A DNA stretch of 64,000 nucleotides from Macrostomum lignano (Eukaryota). The stretch is taken from contig NIVC01001623.1 of assembly GCA_002269645.1 (NCBI GenBank), positions 1 to 64,000 on the forward strand. Direction: 5' to 3'. The notes beneath the pieces are model-generated. The model had not been told where the DNA came from and searched no databases. It saw only the letters and a program-made list of their open reading frames with translations. A program made the translations under genes and the position numbers. Shown here piece after piece: positions 47,301 through 59,816 of this stretch. Within the stretch, counting starts at the first letter, position 1. Each line of letters begins with the position of its first letter.

Positions 47301-50300
47301 AACCGCAAGGGTAAAACACCCCCGCGATGCACCGCAACATCTGCCGCTTTGTAGTAATCAAGCCTTTGCTGTTCCGGTCATCGATACTGACTAACAGCGT
47401 ATCCATCCGTGCGTTCCAGCTTACACCAAGTGCATTCGCGGTCGGTGATTCACCCTGCAGTAGTAGCTCAGCGCGTTCTGCCCTGTCTTAAACTGGAATC
47501 GATTGCAGGACTTCCTCGGAGATCGAAAGCCACTTCCAAGCTCGCATCATACCGGCTCTCTTCCAAAGCTCCATCAGCTGCTCATACAACTGCTTTGCTT
47601 TCTCAACTGTCTCCATGGAGTCGAGACTGTCGTCCATGTAGGTGGACCTCAACACTGTCGTTGCCGCCAAAGGCAGTTGATCCTGATGTTGCTTTGCATT
47701 TTCTTGTGCCACTAGTTGAGCCAGGAACGGGGAGCAGTTGACGCCAAAGACCATGCTGCAGAACTCGTATACCTTTGGCTCACATTCCGTTTGCATTCTG
47801 CGCCACAAGAACCGAAAGAAGCGGCGATCATCTGGAGCCAACCGAATTCGAAGATACATTTCCTCAATATCACAAACTAGCGCGACCGGATGCTTGCGAA
47901 ATCTTAGCAGCACGCTGACGAGATTGTTTTGCAGCTTCGGTCCGGTGTGGATGGCATCGTTAATGCTGAAACCGCCACAGCGAGCAGACGCGTCAAAAAT
48001 GATGGGAGTCTTTGTTGTCTCCTGGTCTGCTCTCACCACTGCAACATGCGGCAGGTACCAACTTCCCTGATCGGCGGCTCCGTCGACTTCTTGAATGTAG
48101 CCCTTCTCCAGCTGTCCATCAAGCACTCGCTGATACGCCTGCGCCAGCTCCGGGTTCTTCTTAAGCCGTTGCTCCGTATTAACGAGCCGCTGCCGAGCCA
48201 TATCCTTGTTGGCTGGCAACGTTGTCGGATCCATCTTCCATGGGATCGCCACCTGGTAACGACCGGCCTCCATCCTCATTGAACTCTTCGTCAACTGAAC
48301 GGTCTCTTGCTCTCCCATCGACAACGTGGCCATCGCTCCACCGTCGGGGACCTCATCCAACTCCCAGAAACGCTTTAAAACGCCATCCAAGTCTCCATCA
48401 GCAATCGATAGGAAAGTCCTCTGTCGTCCAGCTTCCGGTCCGTAGTCCATTATCGGTCCCACACACGTCCAACCGATCGGCGTCAGTCGAGCTGTCGGCT
48501 CTCCAGGTTGACCCCCGGCCTCACGGCAAGCGAAGTGTAGATCGACGTGATCGATGCCGATGAGTATGTCAACCGTCTGCTTGCCTTCAACTCTGCTGAA
48601 CGGAATGCCACGCAAATGATGCCACCGCGACGCTAGCTGACTCCAATCCACGGCCTTCATATCACCCGTCACTTTCTCCGTGGGTGTACGCCAATACCCT
48701 AGCTCGAAACGCTCCATCAAGACTCTTTAAATCCCTCTAACCGGCGCCGTCTGGAAGGTATTTACCTGTCCGTTGAGTACTTTAACGTTCATCTGCTCAA
48801 ACTTCTCTTCCAGCCCAAGTTCGGCCGCCACGTCCGAGTTCAAATATGTTCTTGTGCTCGCATCATCCAAAAGCGCGTTGACTTGCACCTGTCGGTCTCC
48901 GTTGGACAAGATCACCGGGATAGTTCGCAGCGCAACAGCAGCGGTCTCCCTAACTAGCAAAGTACAGGCTTCTCGCTGCTTGTTTATCGTCTCCTTCGGC
49001 CTCTCGCCTGAACTTGGCGCCTTGAGGACCTTCTGCGTCCCCCTTCGTGACGTGCCATCGACTCACTCTTTTGCGCTTGGTGGAGCAGCCAGTGATGCCC
49101 GGCCTTGCACCCGTCGATGCCGCAGCTTCGCAATCTTTTGCACGACAAACTCATGTGGTTGCTTCCCAAGCACCCAAAGCACAGCTTCCACTCGCGTACC
49201 GCTGCCCATCGAGCTTCAACATCCATACGCGCAAACCTAGGGCACGCCAACACTCCATGCTGCTCTCCACAGAGACGACATGACCTACGGTTGTCTGTTG
49301 GTTCGACACTGCGACTTTCAGCGGCGTCGGTGTGAGTGAACAGTGTCCGCTGTGGTTCACGAGACCCTGACCACTTCTTTCCAGCTTCCCTACCGCCATC
49401 GTTCACCGGTACCACTCCTCGCGTCGCCTCCCATGCAATCGTCCGATATTCAGCCTCCTGTAACAACCACTGATGGAGCACACTCAGCGAATCTACTTTA
49501 GAGTTCTCGCCCACCCACCGGCGGTAGCGCGCCAAGGTGTCTGCGGGCAGCTTCCGCTGAACGCGCAAATGTAACAGGCCATTGCTACTTAGCTCAACAT
49601 CACGCCCAGCCGCCTTCAAATTATTCACGGTCACATCCAACAGGTCTGCCAACTTTTTTAACTGCGCTGCACTCTCCGTCTGAATCGGCCGAAAATTGTC
49701 CAAGTCTTCCAGAGCTAACGTTAATCTGCGTCTCTCTCCACCGTACTCTCGCTCTAAACGCTCTAGTGCAGACCGGTAGGCGAAAGCCGAGAACCCTAAA
49801 TTCACAATAAGCTTAAGTGCCTCCCCTTGCAGTGATTAGCGCAGCTGCAAAACTTGTACGCGTCTGAAGCCGGCGACTCATCCGCACATGCATAGAAGGC
49901 AGCCTTCCACCCCTCATACTGCCGCTTGTCTCCTGAGAACACAGGAATAGACACACGCTGCAATTGCCGCCACATGTCCTGTCCAATCCTAGCTGACTGA
50001 TCCTCTGCGTACATTGCCGCCGCCTGCCCTGCTCCGCCAAATGATAGGCCAGCCCGCCACTCTGACTCAAACTGCCTAGGCCTTTCGCTTGCACCAACTC
50101 CTGCCAGTACGCGCAGTGTACATTTCGCTAATTGGGGTTGGCCGCCAGCCTGAATTGTTGATTGGCCACTCTTTGCGTTGCCACCCCTCCCCCGTAGTTT
50201 GCGACTCCTCACGCGCTTCGTGTACACTTCGCGACTGAACTTGCTGCCGCTGAACTCCAACCACTCTGTCTAACCTCTCCATTTCATACTCCAACTCCTT

Positions 50301-51111
50301 TTGCTCAACCTCGAATTTTTCTCTCAACCGCTGTTGACGCTCTTCCAGTTCAGCTTTCTGACACTTTGCGACCTCTAGCTCTCTCTGATGACCATCGCTG
50401 TCAAGGCTCTCGATAGCGTTCTGGCGCTCCCTCTTTCGCAATTCACCAAGCAGTGCCACTGTCTCGTTGTACTCACATTCGAGTGCTTCTAGCTCCTTCA
50501 CCGTTTGGGCCTGCACCAGAAAGTTGCCTTCAGCCGCTTGTAGTAGGTCCTGAAGCACCGCACTGACACGCTCAACCTGCTCGTCCAGCGCTCCGGCAAT
50601 CTTCTCCGCGCCCTCCAGTGTCACGCCGTCCGAGTCGAGGTACTTGAGTAGCTTGTTTCGCTGTTTAGTAAAGGCACATTTTTCGACAGCCTTTTTGCCT
50701 TTCAGTTGCATCATTCGTTGCTCCGATTCCGATCTCTCTTGATTTCGCTCTGATGCTGATTCTGTTACTGCTGCCGCTGCTGCATCCGCAGCCTTTACGT
50801 CTCCGAATGACATTCGATCTCACAACCACGCTCTGCTACCAGATTTATGTTCTCAAGACAAAGAACCTTTTGCCCAAACTCTCTGCAAGGTTTTGAATAT
50901 TGCCACAACGCGCTCTCACGAACAAATTCAAGCCATCGATCCTTTATATTTAACTGCTAAATGACACACAAAAGATGGGGTGGGCTGAGACTGCATGTAC
51001 ACTAAGCGATAATGGGGGGCGGGGCCCAGAGACGTACATATCTTCGACATACGAAAATGAGACCTACAACTATAACTAACAAAGAAACATAAATACAAAG
51101 CCTACGCAACA
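44345..51111 (-). mobile_element. BEL/Pao LTR retrotransposon, full length but coding-disrupted
   Basis: LTRs 44345-44610 (266 bp) and 50848-51111 (264 bp); 5-bp TSD GTTCC; PBS TGGTAGCAGAGCGTGGTT (50824-50841, tRNAi-Met-like); PPT AGGAAGGGGGGAA (44611-44623). Confidence 0.96.
45052..50813 (-). pseudogene. BEL/Pao gag-pol polyprotein broken into about 9 pieces
   Basis: Gag IPVFSGDKRQYEGWKAAF; three Zn knuckles; protease ALLDDAS; RT STYMDD; RNase H (KASQDAYGAVIY, ELMAA, WSDS); integrase HHCC and D,D,E; C-terminal GDVVL/HWPLGRI. In-frame stops at 47488 and 46315; frameshifts near 45260, 45790, 49850 and 50100. Confidence 0.93.
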
Positions 51112-52797
51112 GTTCCTACCGTACATTTTCAGCCCCAACCCCCCAGTTCTGAGTCCATGTGCCTGTGCACAGAACCCACCCCTGATTAATGTGTCTGTTT
51201 AATATTCGGAGCGTTAATTTCTACATGGGGCCAGAAATTCTGTACGAGCGTATGTACTCCTTGCTTTCCTTCTTGCACTGCACTGGTACTTTGTGTATTT
51301 TTGTTTAAACTGTTGTGCCGTGCTGCGTCAGTGGGGGCTCCGCGGCCTTTTCTTTCCCCCCTCTCTCTCTCTTTTCTGCCCCCCCCCCTCGCGCTGGGTT
51401 GGGCCGGCCGGTCGGGCTGGGGTTTGGGGGCTTAGGCCTCACCCTGGTCTGCCTACGGCCTGCCCGGGGCCGGTTTTCGTGCGCTAGCCAGCTGTGCGCT
51501 ACCCTTCCCGGCCGCTTGTGATTGGCTGGCTGGTTGGGTCACTTGGATGGGGTGTGCTTGCTTTGTCTGTCGGTTTACCCCTCCCCTTTTTTGCCTTGCT
51601 TATTTATGCGCGCCCCCGCCCATTCTGGCCCCTCTTGCCCCCCGCTGACGGCAGTGCATTTGATCAATAGCGAAATATACGTTACGGTTTGCGGTGCGCT
51701 CGAGCGCGTTGACTGGAGTGGACTGGAGTGGACTGGAGTGGACTGGAGTGGACAAATTGCAGGTGCGAGTCTCTTCTTTTCCGGGGTACTGGAGTTCTGG
51801 GAACGAGCTATTGGTGGCGTTGTGAACTCTCTCAGCGCTCAGGGGTCGGGCCGGTGAACTATCGCCTGCTCGGTGGCCGCTGTGAACTCTCGCAGCATTA
51901 AAAGTAGGAAAAGACGGGACCTGGGTGTCTCCCAGCTGGGCAGCCCTGCTACCTAGCCGGTTCGCAGCTCCTGGACCATCCCGGGGGTACAACAAAACCG
52001 TTAAATTCAACACCGCAAATTCAAAATTGGCTTCGTTCGTTAAGCAGAGGCTTCAGTCCAGAATTGAGTTGCAGGCACAGCTGGTTTTTGTGGCAATTGG
52101 CAATCTACAAAAATAAAAAGAATTAAAGCTCTAAAAGGTAAAAAGCTCAAGAGATACACTGTACAGTACTGCAACACCCGCAATAGCGCAATGATTCAGA
52201 GTCCCTGAGCTGCATGTTACTCCAGTCTTTGGAATTCAGATCTCCTTGGTTTGAAATGAATGTGCAGGCCCAGGGACTACTCAAACTCAAGTTCAAGAAG
52301 TCCCTGTGCAGGCCCTGAGATTCGCAGTGAATTTGCTTTAGTGAGGCAACGTCATCAATTAATGAAAAGTTTAAAATGTTCTCAGAGTTGCAAGAGCTTT
52401 ACCAGATAGACTTCTCACCTGCAGCATTTAATGTTACTCTTGCCCCCGTGTTGATATGGGTAAGGGCGTTTAAACTGCAGAGTGAGGGGGCCGGCTTGGC
52501 TGGGGTTGGTGTGTTGAGGGCTGCAGGGTGCTGTTTAGTCCTGTACCCGCTTGTGAGCGAGCCTGTGTCTCGTTGGCTCAGATATTTTCTTTCGCTTTTT
52601 TCTTCGGCCTTTTAATATTTCACTAAAATAACTTCTTCTGCAAGTTTTGGTTTGCGCAGAGGTCCTGTCTCGTGCCACCTCTAGCCTTGACTTTTATCTT
52701 TCCCCACGCTTTAAGTTTAGAATTTCACTGCTTTTACTTTTGCTTGAGCGTACCAGAAATAAAAGTTATAGTATGTTTGCTCTTGATTAATTTGCAG

Positions 52798-55700
52798 AAA
52801 CCGCTTTGACTCTGTTGGAAACATCAGCCAAGGTGATGAGGATCAAATACAGTCGAGAACAGCTTCTCAATTTGAATAAGCAGGAGTTGCAGATGCCATA
52901 TGAAATGCAGGAGGAGGTCAGAATGCACAGCGATTTGAGAATTCATACTCCTGATGTGAGTTCTGATTTTTATTTTAGTACCTCTTTGGTATCATTGTGT
53001 AGTAAGGCATAGTTTAGTGTGTAATTCAATTTGCGTTTTCACTACTAATAGTAGTTTCAAGCTGCGAAAATATCCTAAAATTGGTTAGTCGAGGCTTTGA
53101 GGGATTTCTTAAAAGTAAAGAGCCAGCTGGCCTCTGAGGAAGCATCTTGGTTTTGTCTCGCATAGAGACGCCTAACCGCAGTCACTTCTGTGAAACTTGT
53201 CTCTGCCTGGCTGAAAGCTTGTAATGAGTGAGTAGGCTGGGTTGGAGGGTAATAGTGGATCGGGAGGGGCTGTGGGTAGCTGTATAGGAAGGCAGGCCTA
53301 TACCTGTACCAAGGTGCTCTGACGGTATCCCTCAGGCGCCCTCTGAGCGTACAGCCAGCGACCCTATTAAAGCTGGGGTGTGCCAGAACCAGGACTGAGT
53401 CTGAGCAGGACGAGACCGTTGGCACGGTCACTATAAAAATGGCGGGTTGGCGAAGCAAAGGGTGAAACAGTCCCGGCGAATAGCCCTCCTGCCGCTTCAA
53501 AGATAAGAGACTGTCTGGCAAGAGTACCCGGGGTTTAGTTGGGGGGAGGCTCCTTCGGGTGGCCACGGCCGTGGGGGCGGTCTTATGACCGGTGTTTTGG
53601 CCTATCTAACCCAGGAGAAGGCACGGGCTCCCCTGAATGGTTCTCTCTTCCATGGCCCCACTGTCCCCCCGTTCCTATACGCTTATGAGTAGCCTAGACT
53701 GCAGAACCCACGACTGCAACAGGAAGATAACAACTTTGGAAATATCGCAATGAGTAGCGGCTCCCTGGTTTGGTACCATTGCAATAGTGCAAGACTACAT
53801 TGAATAGCGAACGACCTAATAAAGCAGTCACGCACTCACTTTTACACTTTTTAGGACCGAACCGCGAGAAGGCGTCTGAATTCAAGCATGAAAGAAAGAA
53901 ACATACGCGAGGTAGGGCTTCCTTAAACATCAGTCACGATAAGAATTGACAATGTAGCTCGCTTAGTTTAGAAGCATAAACAGAAATGAAAGCGCAAACT
54001 CGTTGATATTAAGTATTGCCTTCATTAGGCCTCCAATTGGGTCCAAGTCGACTTCCGCTTTCATTCTTTTTTAATCACAATATTTTTATTTCGCGTAACT
54101 CTTGCAAAGAGTTTAACGAACTGCAGCAGTGGAAAGTGCTTCCAAATAAAACATTTCAGGAAGTCAATAGCATCAGAGAAGCAGCCGAGGAAAGGGACGA
54201 CAAGCTGAAGATTCTGAACAGCGATGAAGACCTTAAAAGGGTACTCTAAAGAATGTCGAATCTTTTCAATTTACTTTGCGGATAACAGATGCATTTTGAT
54301 CCTCTTAAACTTTCAGTGGTCTGAATTAATCTTCAAGCTGCTGAACTCAGACAATGTTTCAACAGCCTTTCAGGTACAATGCTGTAGTCCGGACTCCTGG
54401 GGACTCTAGCTAGTACGAGCGTAGCTTTAGAAATTTGAACTGATCAGAAAATTAACAGATAAAAAATTTAACCAATAGCTATTATCGCTAGCTTAGGCTA
54501 CAATTAACAAATAAGTTGTACCGTCCCACATTGCAGCCCGTCTCCAAAATTTGGTGCTCAAAATTTGGCGCTCTGGAACGAGTAAGATACTTCGGTTGAT
54601 GACAAACGATACGCTCGTAATTAAGCAGGTTATTAAGTTTAGTTTACGTCATGTCTGCTTTGATTGCAGCCGATTCTTGATTGGATGGAGTTGAAGGCCT
54701 TGGCTAAAGACATTCGATCTGCATTCGAGGCAAATGAGATGCCCAGCTCACCAAATCCGTTGTCAGATCCGGAGCAGCTGAACGAGGCCATCAAACAGCA
54801 CCGCGATTCTATCCTGTAAGTCAGGGGCCGGTAAAATGTTTCACCTCAAGGGCCAAATAAATAGCCTATAGCGCATGACTGCGGGTCAGAGGAGGGGGAG
54901 AGAAGAGGAGACAAGAGGAGAGAAGGGAGCTGAGAAGAGACACCAGCCTTGAACAAGCCTTGCTATTTTGGACTTTCAAAGGACCCGAAGGTCGGATAGA
55001 GAGGCTTTGCGGGCCGGAGTTTTCCGACCTCTGCTGAGTCGAACATGCAATTGCAGGTCGCTCTAATCTGCATTAACAGTAAACACCTAAACACCTACCA
55101 TCGGTTAGTAGTATTGTAATCAAGGACTACTGAGGGGGGAATTCAATTCAACATTGTTGCAGGTATCATGTAAAGTCCTGAAATCTTTGATGACCCATTT
55201 CTGTTTTGGTCAATCTTCATTTTTAATAAGTTAACTTGGCTTAGTGCTGTATAATATCTTATGCTTGATCCGTGATCGTAATGCCTATAAGAAAATTATC
55301 GCTGTTCTAGCTCGTATATGAAGGAACACCAAAAATATTTACAGTTTTCTTGGCCATCTGTTTGTGGCCGGCAGTATGTCAGCCAGTGCCTATTGCTGTC
55401 TGCACAAAATCGCTCTGTGTCAGCTGAGTTATTATCACAGCGAACGAGACCAGCTCTGGATGGACGGCTTGCAAGAAACTCTGGAGAAGCTAATGGTAAT
55501 ACCTGCATACTTCCAATTTACTACATGGCTATCAATACCGCCCAAATACCCAGGTACTCTTGCTTACCTTTGCAGATGCTAGTGAGTCGGAGCCAGCACA
55601 TCTTGGCGTATTTCTGCGACATCGACAAGGCGCTCAACCAACACATTGGAAAGGCTCAGATTGTAAGGCTACTGTATGAACGTAAAAGTTTAATGCGGCC

Positions 55701-57930
55701 AAGTTTAGACAAGGGCTGGATTTCTAATCATCCGGCTCTGATACGGTTTCTTAGAAAACCAAATCCAATGAATTCCAGCCGGTTTTGAGCTCTTCATGCG
55801 GTCTTAGCTCGTATTTGTGTGTTTTTCTAAACCGCATCGGAACGAACAGATCATAAACCCAGCCTTTCAGTTGTAACAAATAATTCCTCTCGCATTCCTA
55901 TCAAATCTTTGTAGTGGAATGACCTGTTTGCTAAGCAACTCCGACTAGCGATTCGCGAAAGAGCATTCCAGGTATGCGATAATTTTGCAGCTTATCCTTT
56001 TGAAGATTGTGTTCGTATATACTCAGCAACAGTCAAAAGTTCCACCCTCCAAATTGCGACAACTTCACACTCACAATTCAACCCTCAAGTTACGCAACTA
56101 AGCCGCCGTGAGGAAGGGAAGGTTGATTGAATATCAACACTCGTAGTAAACGTCAGTCGCACAAAATCATAAATTTTTTATGCAATATTCAGTTAGAATC
56201 GCGATGCGTGTGGGATCCCCTTGCATGCAGAAGTGCGGCGACTCTGCGGGGCATCCCAAGGATGAGGCGGCGCAGAAAGTCTTGGGGAAGCTGCTCCGAA
56301 GCGTTTTCAATGGCATGACGCAGAGCTCTCCGCAACATTCTATGGTGGATTCTCTTTTCGAATGCTACTTTTTAGGAAGTCCCAGACATGCTCGATGGGA
56401 TTCATGTCTGGGGACCGGGAAGGCCAGCGCAGAGTGCGCAGCTGTAGCTGTTCCTTCAGTTGATTAACAGCATCGGCTTGGTGTGGCGGGGCGTTGTTCC
56501 TGGGCTTAGGTCTGCTTAGTGGCCAGGTGTGGACATCCTGGCGTCACTCGCAATACTCGTCACTGTTGCTGAGTATATATGCTGAGGCGTTTATTGACCT
56601 GAAAACTTCACACGACATTACCAGAATTGTTTCATGATGAATTTCAGCCGAAATCCGAGGGCTGGAAGGCGGTCTGCAACAAGATCAGGGTGAGCGAGCT
56701 TATCAAAATAGCGCTGAGTTGAAATTCCGTTTGATATTTAGTTGCTACTTTAACTACGTTGAAAATACTGAAAATATTCAGCTGCATCCGAAACCTGATG
56801 GGGTTGAGAATCTGGCCAGGCAGTCTCGAGAAATTTTCACTAACCCTGAAATTGAAGAACATGTAGGACTGGAGGAGCAGTACGACTGCATTGTGTGAGT
56901 AGATTAGCACTTGCTCAACTTCAGCTAATGTGAGAATGTTACTTTCATCTGAATGCATCAGTCTGCTCATGTTTTCAGGTTCACGGCTTATCTAGTAAAT
57001 CAAGATGAGAACTTAAAAAGCTCAACAGCATTTGAGTGCATGGTTGAGCTGCTGTCATGGAGGCTGAGGTCAACTGACGGCAATCTTGATGACGCGCAGC
57101 AGGTTGTGCGAAGAGCCCTGGATGAGATTTTAAAGTACGAGCCCAGGCAGTCACATCTGTTTGAAGAGAAACTTTCTAAGGAGGAAAAAGAAGCGCTTGA
57201 GTCTTGGGAGGCAGCCGCAAAAAAGGACACCTACTTCTATTATGAGCGTCCTGACCTGCTGAGTGGCTACACCAAGAAGCACATGCCTAAGAAAGTAAAA
57301 AAGTTCAAAATATCTTTTGAAAGGCAGCTCAGAAAGCATCTTGATAAACACTGGAACAAGAAAACAAACAGCTTCCGTGTGCTTTCATTGGGCTGCGGGC
57401 CGGGTAGCGAGCTGCTGGCGGTACTGGATGTCTGGGCAGAGCGAACCAACCAGCAAGGCGAGTTTAGCTGCATTGGCGTTGATAAATTCTGGTGGCCGAA
57501 GAAGGCCTTCTTAACCAACTGCTGCAGAATTTCGAATGCTTCAGTGAAGTCAGTTTTTGTGCAGCAGGATATGATGGAGTTCGTGCAAAACTCAGTAACT
57601 GAATTCGACATCGCCGTCTTGAGCTTTGTTGGTGGAGTTTTTGATTCAGCTGAAGTATTTGTTGAGGATCTGGCACGGCTGCTTCCAGAAGATGGCGCCA
57701 TTTTTCTAATTGACAACTACACAAACAGCGGGTTGAATCTCTTAAATCTGGGATTTTATCCAACGGCTATTTGGCTGTCACTGCTAGATGAAAGACAGAC
57801 AACTGCCGAAGAGCTGCACCTCGCAAAATTTTGTCTGGTCTACCGAAAGTGTGAGGTGAGCACGAGTTACTTTGTTGGAGTTCATCGTAGCTTAGAGTTA
57901 TTCTACAATGAATGCTTTGTTTTAGACTAA
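52798..57930 (+). CDS. Predicted eIF4G-like (YxxxxL-phi + MIF4G) - class I methyltransferase fusion protein, 11 exons, 639 aa from ATG 52836
   Basis: GT-AG exons 52798(ATG 52836)-52955, 54160-54240, 54317-54373, 54670-54815, 55345-55495, 55576-55662, 55915-55971, 56231-56344, 56648-56689, 56782-56894, 56979-57930 join in phase (1920 nt). Motifs KYSREQLL; DEDLKRWSELIFKLLNSDNVSTAF; ILFLGHLFVAG; last exon RVLSLGCGPGSELL, CIGVD, FDIAVLSF, IFLIDN. Confidence 0.72.
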
Positions 57931-58006
57931 GCCTGACGACGAATTTCAAGTTTTCCTACAATTCTGTGATGCGTCATATGGCTTTGTTAGTGCAAAACAG
58001 AGCAAT

Positions 58007-58273
58007 ATGCCCTATCGAAAAAGGCTCCATGCCTACACCTCTGCGGTGAAGGCTCTGCGCAATAACGCTTGTCGCACTAATGTGGATTATCAGCTCATTG
58101 CGAAGGAAGTGGAGAAACATGTCCAGGAGGCTTCGAACGAGACCTCAAGTTTGACATGCGTCGTGGTGGATGATGATGAATTCAACAGCGAATCCGAGGA
58201 ATTTTTTCTCTTCCGTCAAAGCGACACGCCGCGAGCACCTTGGCTACTTTTGAGCAAGACAGTGACTGAGTAG
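58007..58273 (+). CDS. Hypothetical 88-aa ORF directly downstream of the fusion gene
   Basis: ATG 76 bp after the upstream stop, preceded by AAAACAG|AGCAAT; protein-like composition; no recognised domain. Confidence 0.3.
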   Translation: MPYRKRLHAYTSAVKALRNNACRTNVDYQLIAKEVEKHVQEASNETSSLTCVVVDDDEFNSESEEFFLFRQSDTPRAPWLLLSKTVTE

Positions 58274-59049
58274 CGTCTTAGGTTTTTTAACTTTTCTATA
58301 ATTTAATGTAGTTGTTGAGGTCTTGTACTCGTCGGGCCTATCAACAATCGGATGAGCTGCGTGATTTCCTACATAGAAAATGTGACTGTAAAAGTAACAT
58401 TTTAGCTTTTTGTGTTTTACGGCTCGTAGCAATCAAAATCCCGTTAAAGTGCAATCTACTCCAGCGGCGATAATTTCGCCCCGATAAAGCCTCTGACTAA
58501 ACTCAACCTACTGCACTTATTGGATTCGCAATCCTCCAAATATCTGTATTTTCTGTTTTGCAATTTTTAGTTAGCCGACTCCCTGCGTCTACCATGCTCT
58601 TCTGCACAGACAATCCCAACCGTTAATTTACCACAGATATTTCAGCTACGCTTGTACCCAGTTTGGTATGTTAATACAAGTATAAATACAAATTCAACCC
58701 ATAGATCTTGTATTCCTATATCATAGATCTAGATCTTCATAGATCTTATATTGTATATATGATCTATAGTTTAACTCGCGCTTAGGCCCTTCACTTCTTT
58801 TCTTTCGTTTTCTTCCCCGCTGATCGATTGCAATAAACTCGTTTTCGCTCTACGAGCGTATTATAATTCATTGTCAACTTCGACAGCACTACTCAGTAAC
58901 ACTCATTGCTTCTCTTCGGCTATTGTATTGCCTACTTTGTTATTTAGCTTTACGAGCTAGTTGCTACTTTCAATTTAGCATCATAAAAATAAATTATCTG
59001 TCGGTAGGTCTGTTGGTAAGTCTGTCAGTCAGTAATCAATCCTGGGTCT

Positions 59050-59135
59050 ACAACGTTTGCCTGCCGGAGGTTTGCCAGTCGACGTTAGCCAACCGACGTT
59101 TGCCAGCGGGACGTTTGCCAGCCGGACATTTGCAG
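59050..59135. repeat. Short array of ~15-bp GACGTTTGCCAGC(C)G units
   Basis: About 5 degenerate copies, resembling subterminal repeats of a DNA transposon. Confidence 0.6.
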
Positions 59136-59570
59136 GCTAATTTCCTAACCAATTACCGAACTACCTCAGTTTCTAGGCGGCCCTGAGGCCCGTCTTCCCC
59201 ACTGCATGCGGTGCACACTGGCGCAGCTTCGCTCCAGTTTCTGCTCGCTTCTCCGCGACTTTCAGGCCAGGGTCAACCCAGGCCTGTCGGGACTGTGACC
59301 TAGAGCCTCAAACGGTGACCCACCTTTTCAGCTGCCCTGCTAACCCGACGCAGCTAAGGCCGCGTGACTTATGGACCAAGCCGATCGAGGCGTTCACCTT
59401 TCTGGAATCGGCCGCCCTCGACGGGCTGAGACCTCGGCCGTAGGTTAATACGCACACACCCCAGTTTCTACATTAGCTTTGAAACGCCGTCTTGACTAGA
59501 GTTTAACCATTTTATATGGCAACATGTTATGAGCAGCATTCCAGCTTGTTGACTATGAACAAGCGTTCAT

Positions 59571-59816
59571 GAATTTGTGTGTGACATGGTGAAAGCAGGC
59601 ATGAAGGAAATCAAGGAGGCCCTGTCCACGACCTAGCCAGACAATCAGCTGTCGGAGAGACAGATCTACTTCCTCATCCGACATGTGAAAGACGGATGTG
59701 ACACCTAAGATCAGCCGAAGTTCAACCCGAAGAATGCCAAGCGCTCGATAGAGACAGTCGCTGCCGTTCCGACAGCAGTGGATTTGGACTGTCGTGTGAC
59801 AATTAAGAAATTGGCA
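59571..59816 (+). pseudogene. Mariner-type transposase N-terminal HTH remnant
   Basis: MKEIKEALSTT*PDNQLSERQIYFLIRHVKDG...VAAVPTAVDLDCRVTIKKLA follows the mariner HTH pattern; in-frame stops at 59634 and 59706. Confidence 0.65.

Noticed and set aside
53075-53566. 163-aa minus-strand ORF inside intron 1 of the fusion gene
   Set aside because: GTG start, no recognisable motif; probably part of an unclassified insertion.
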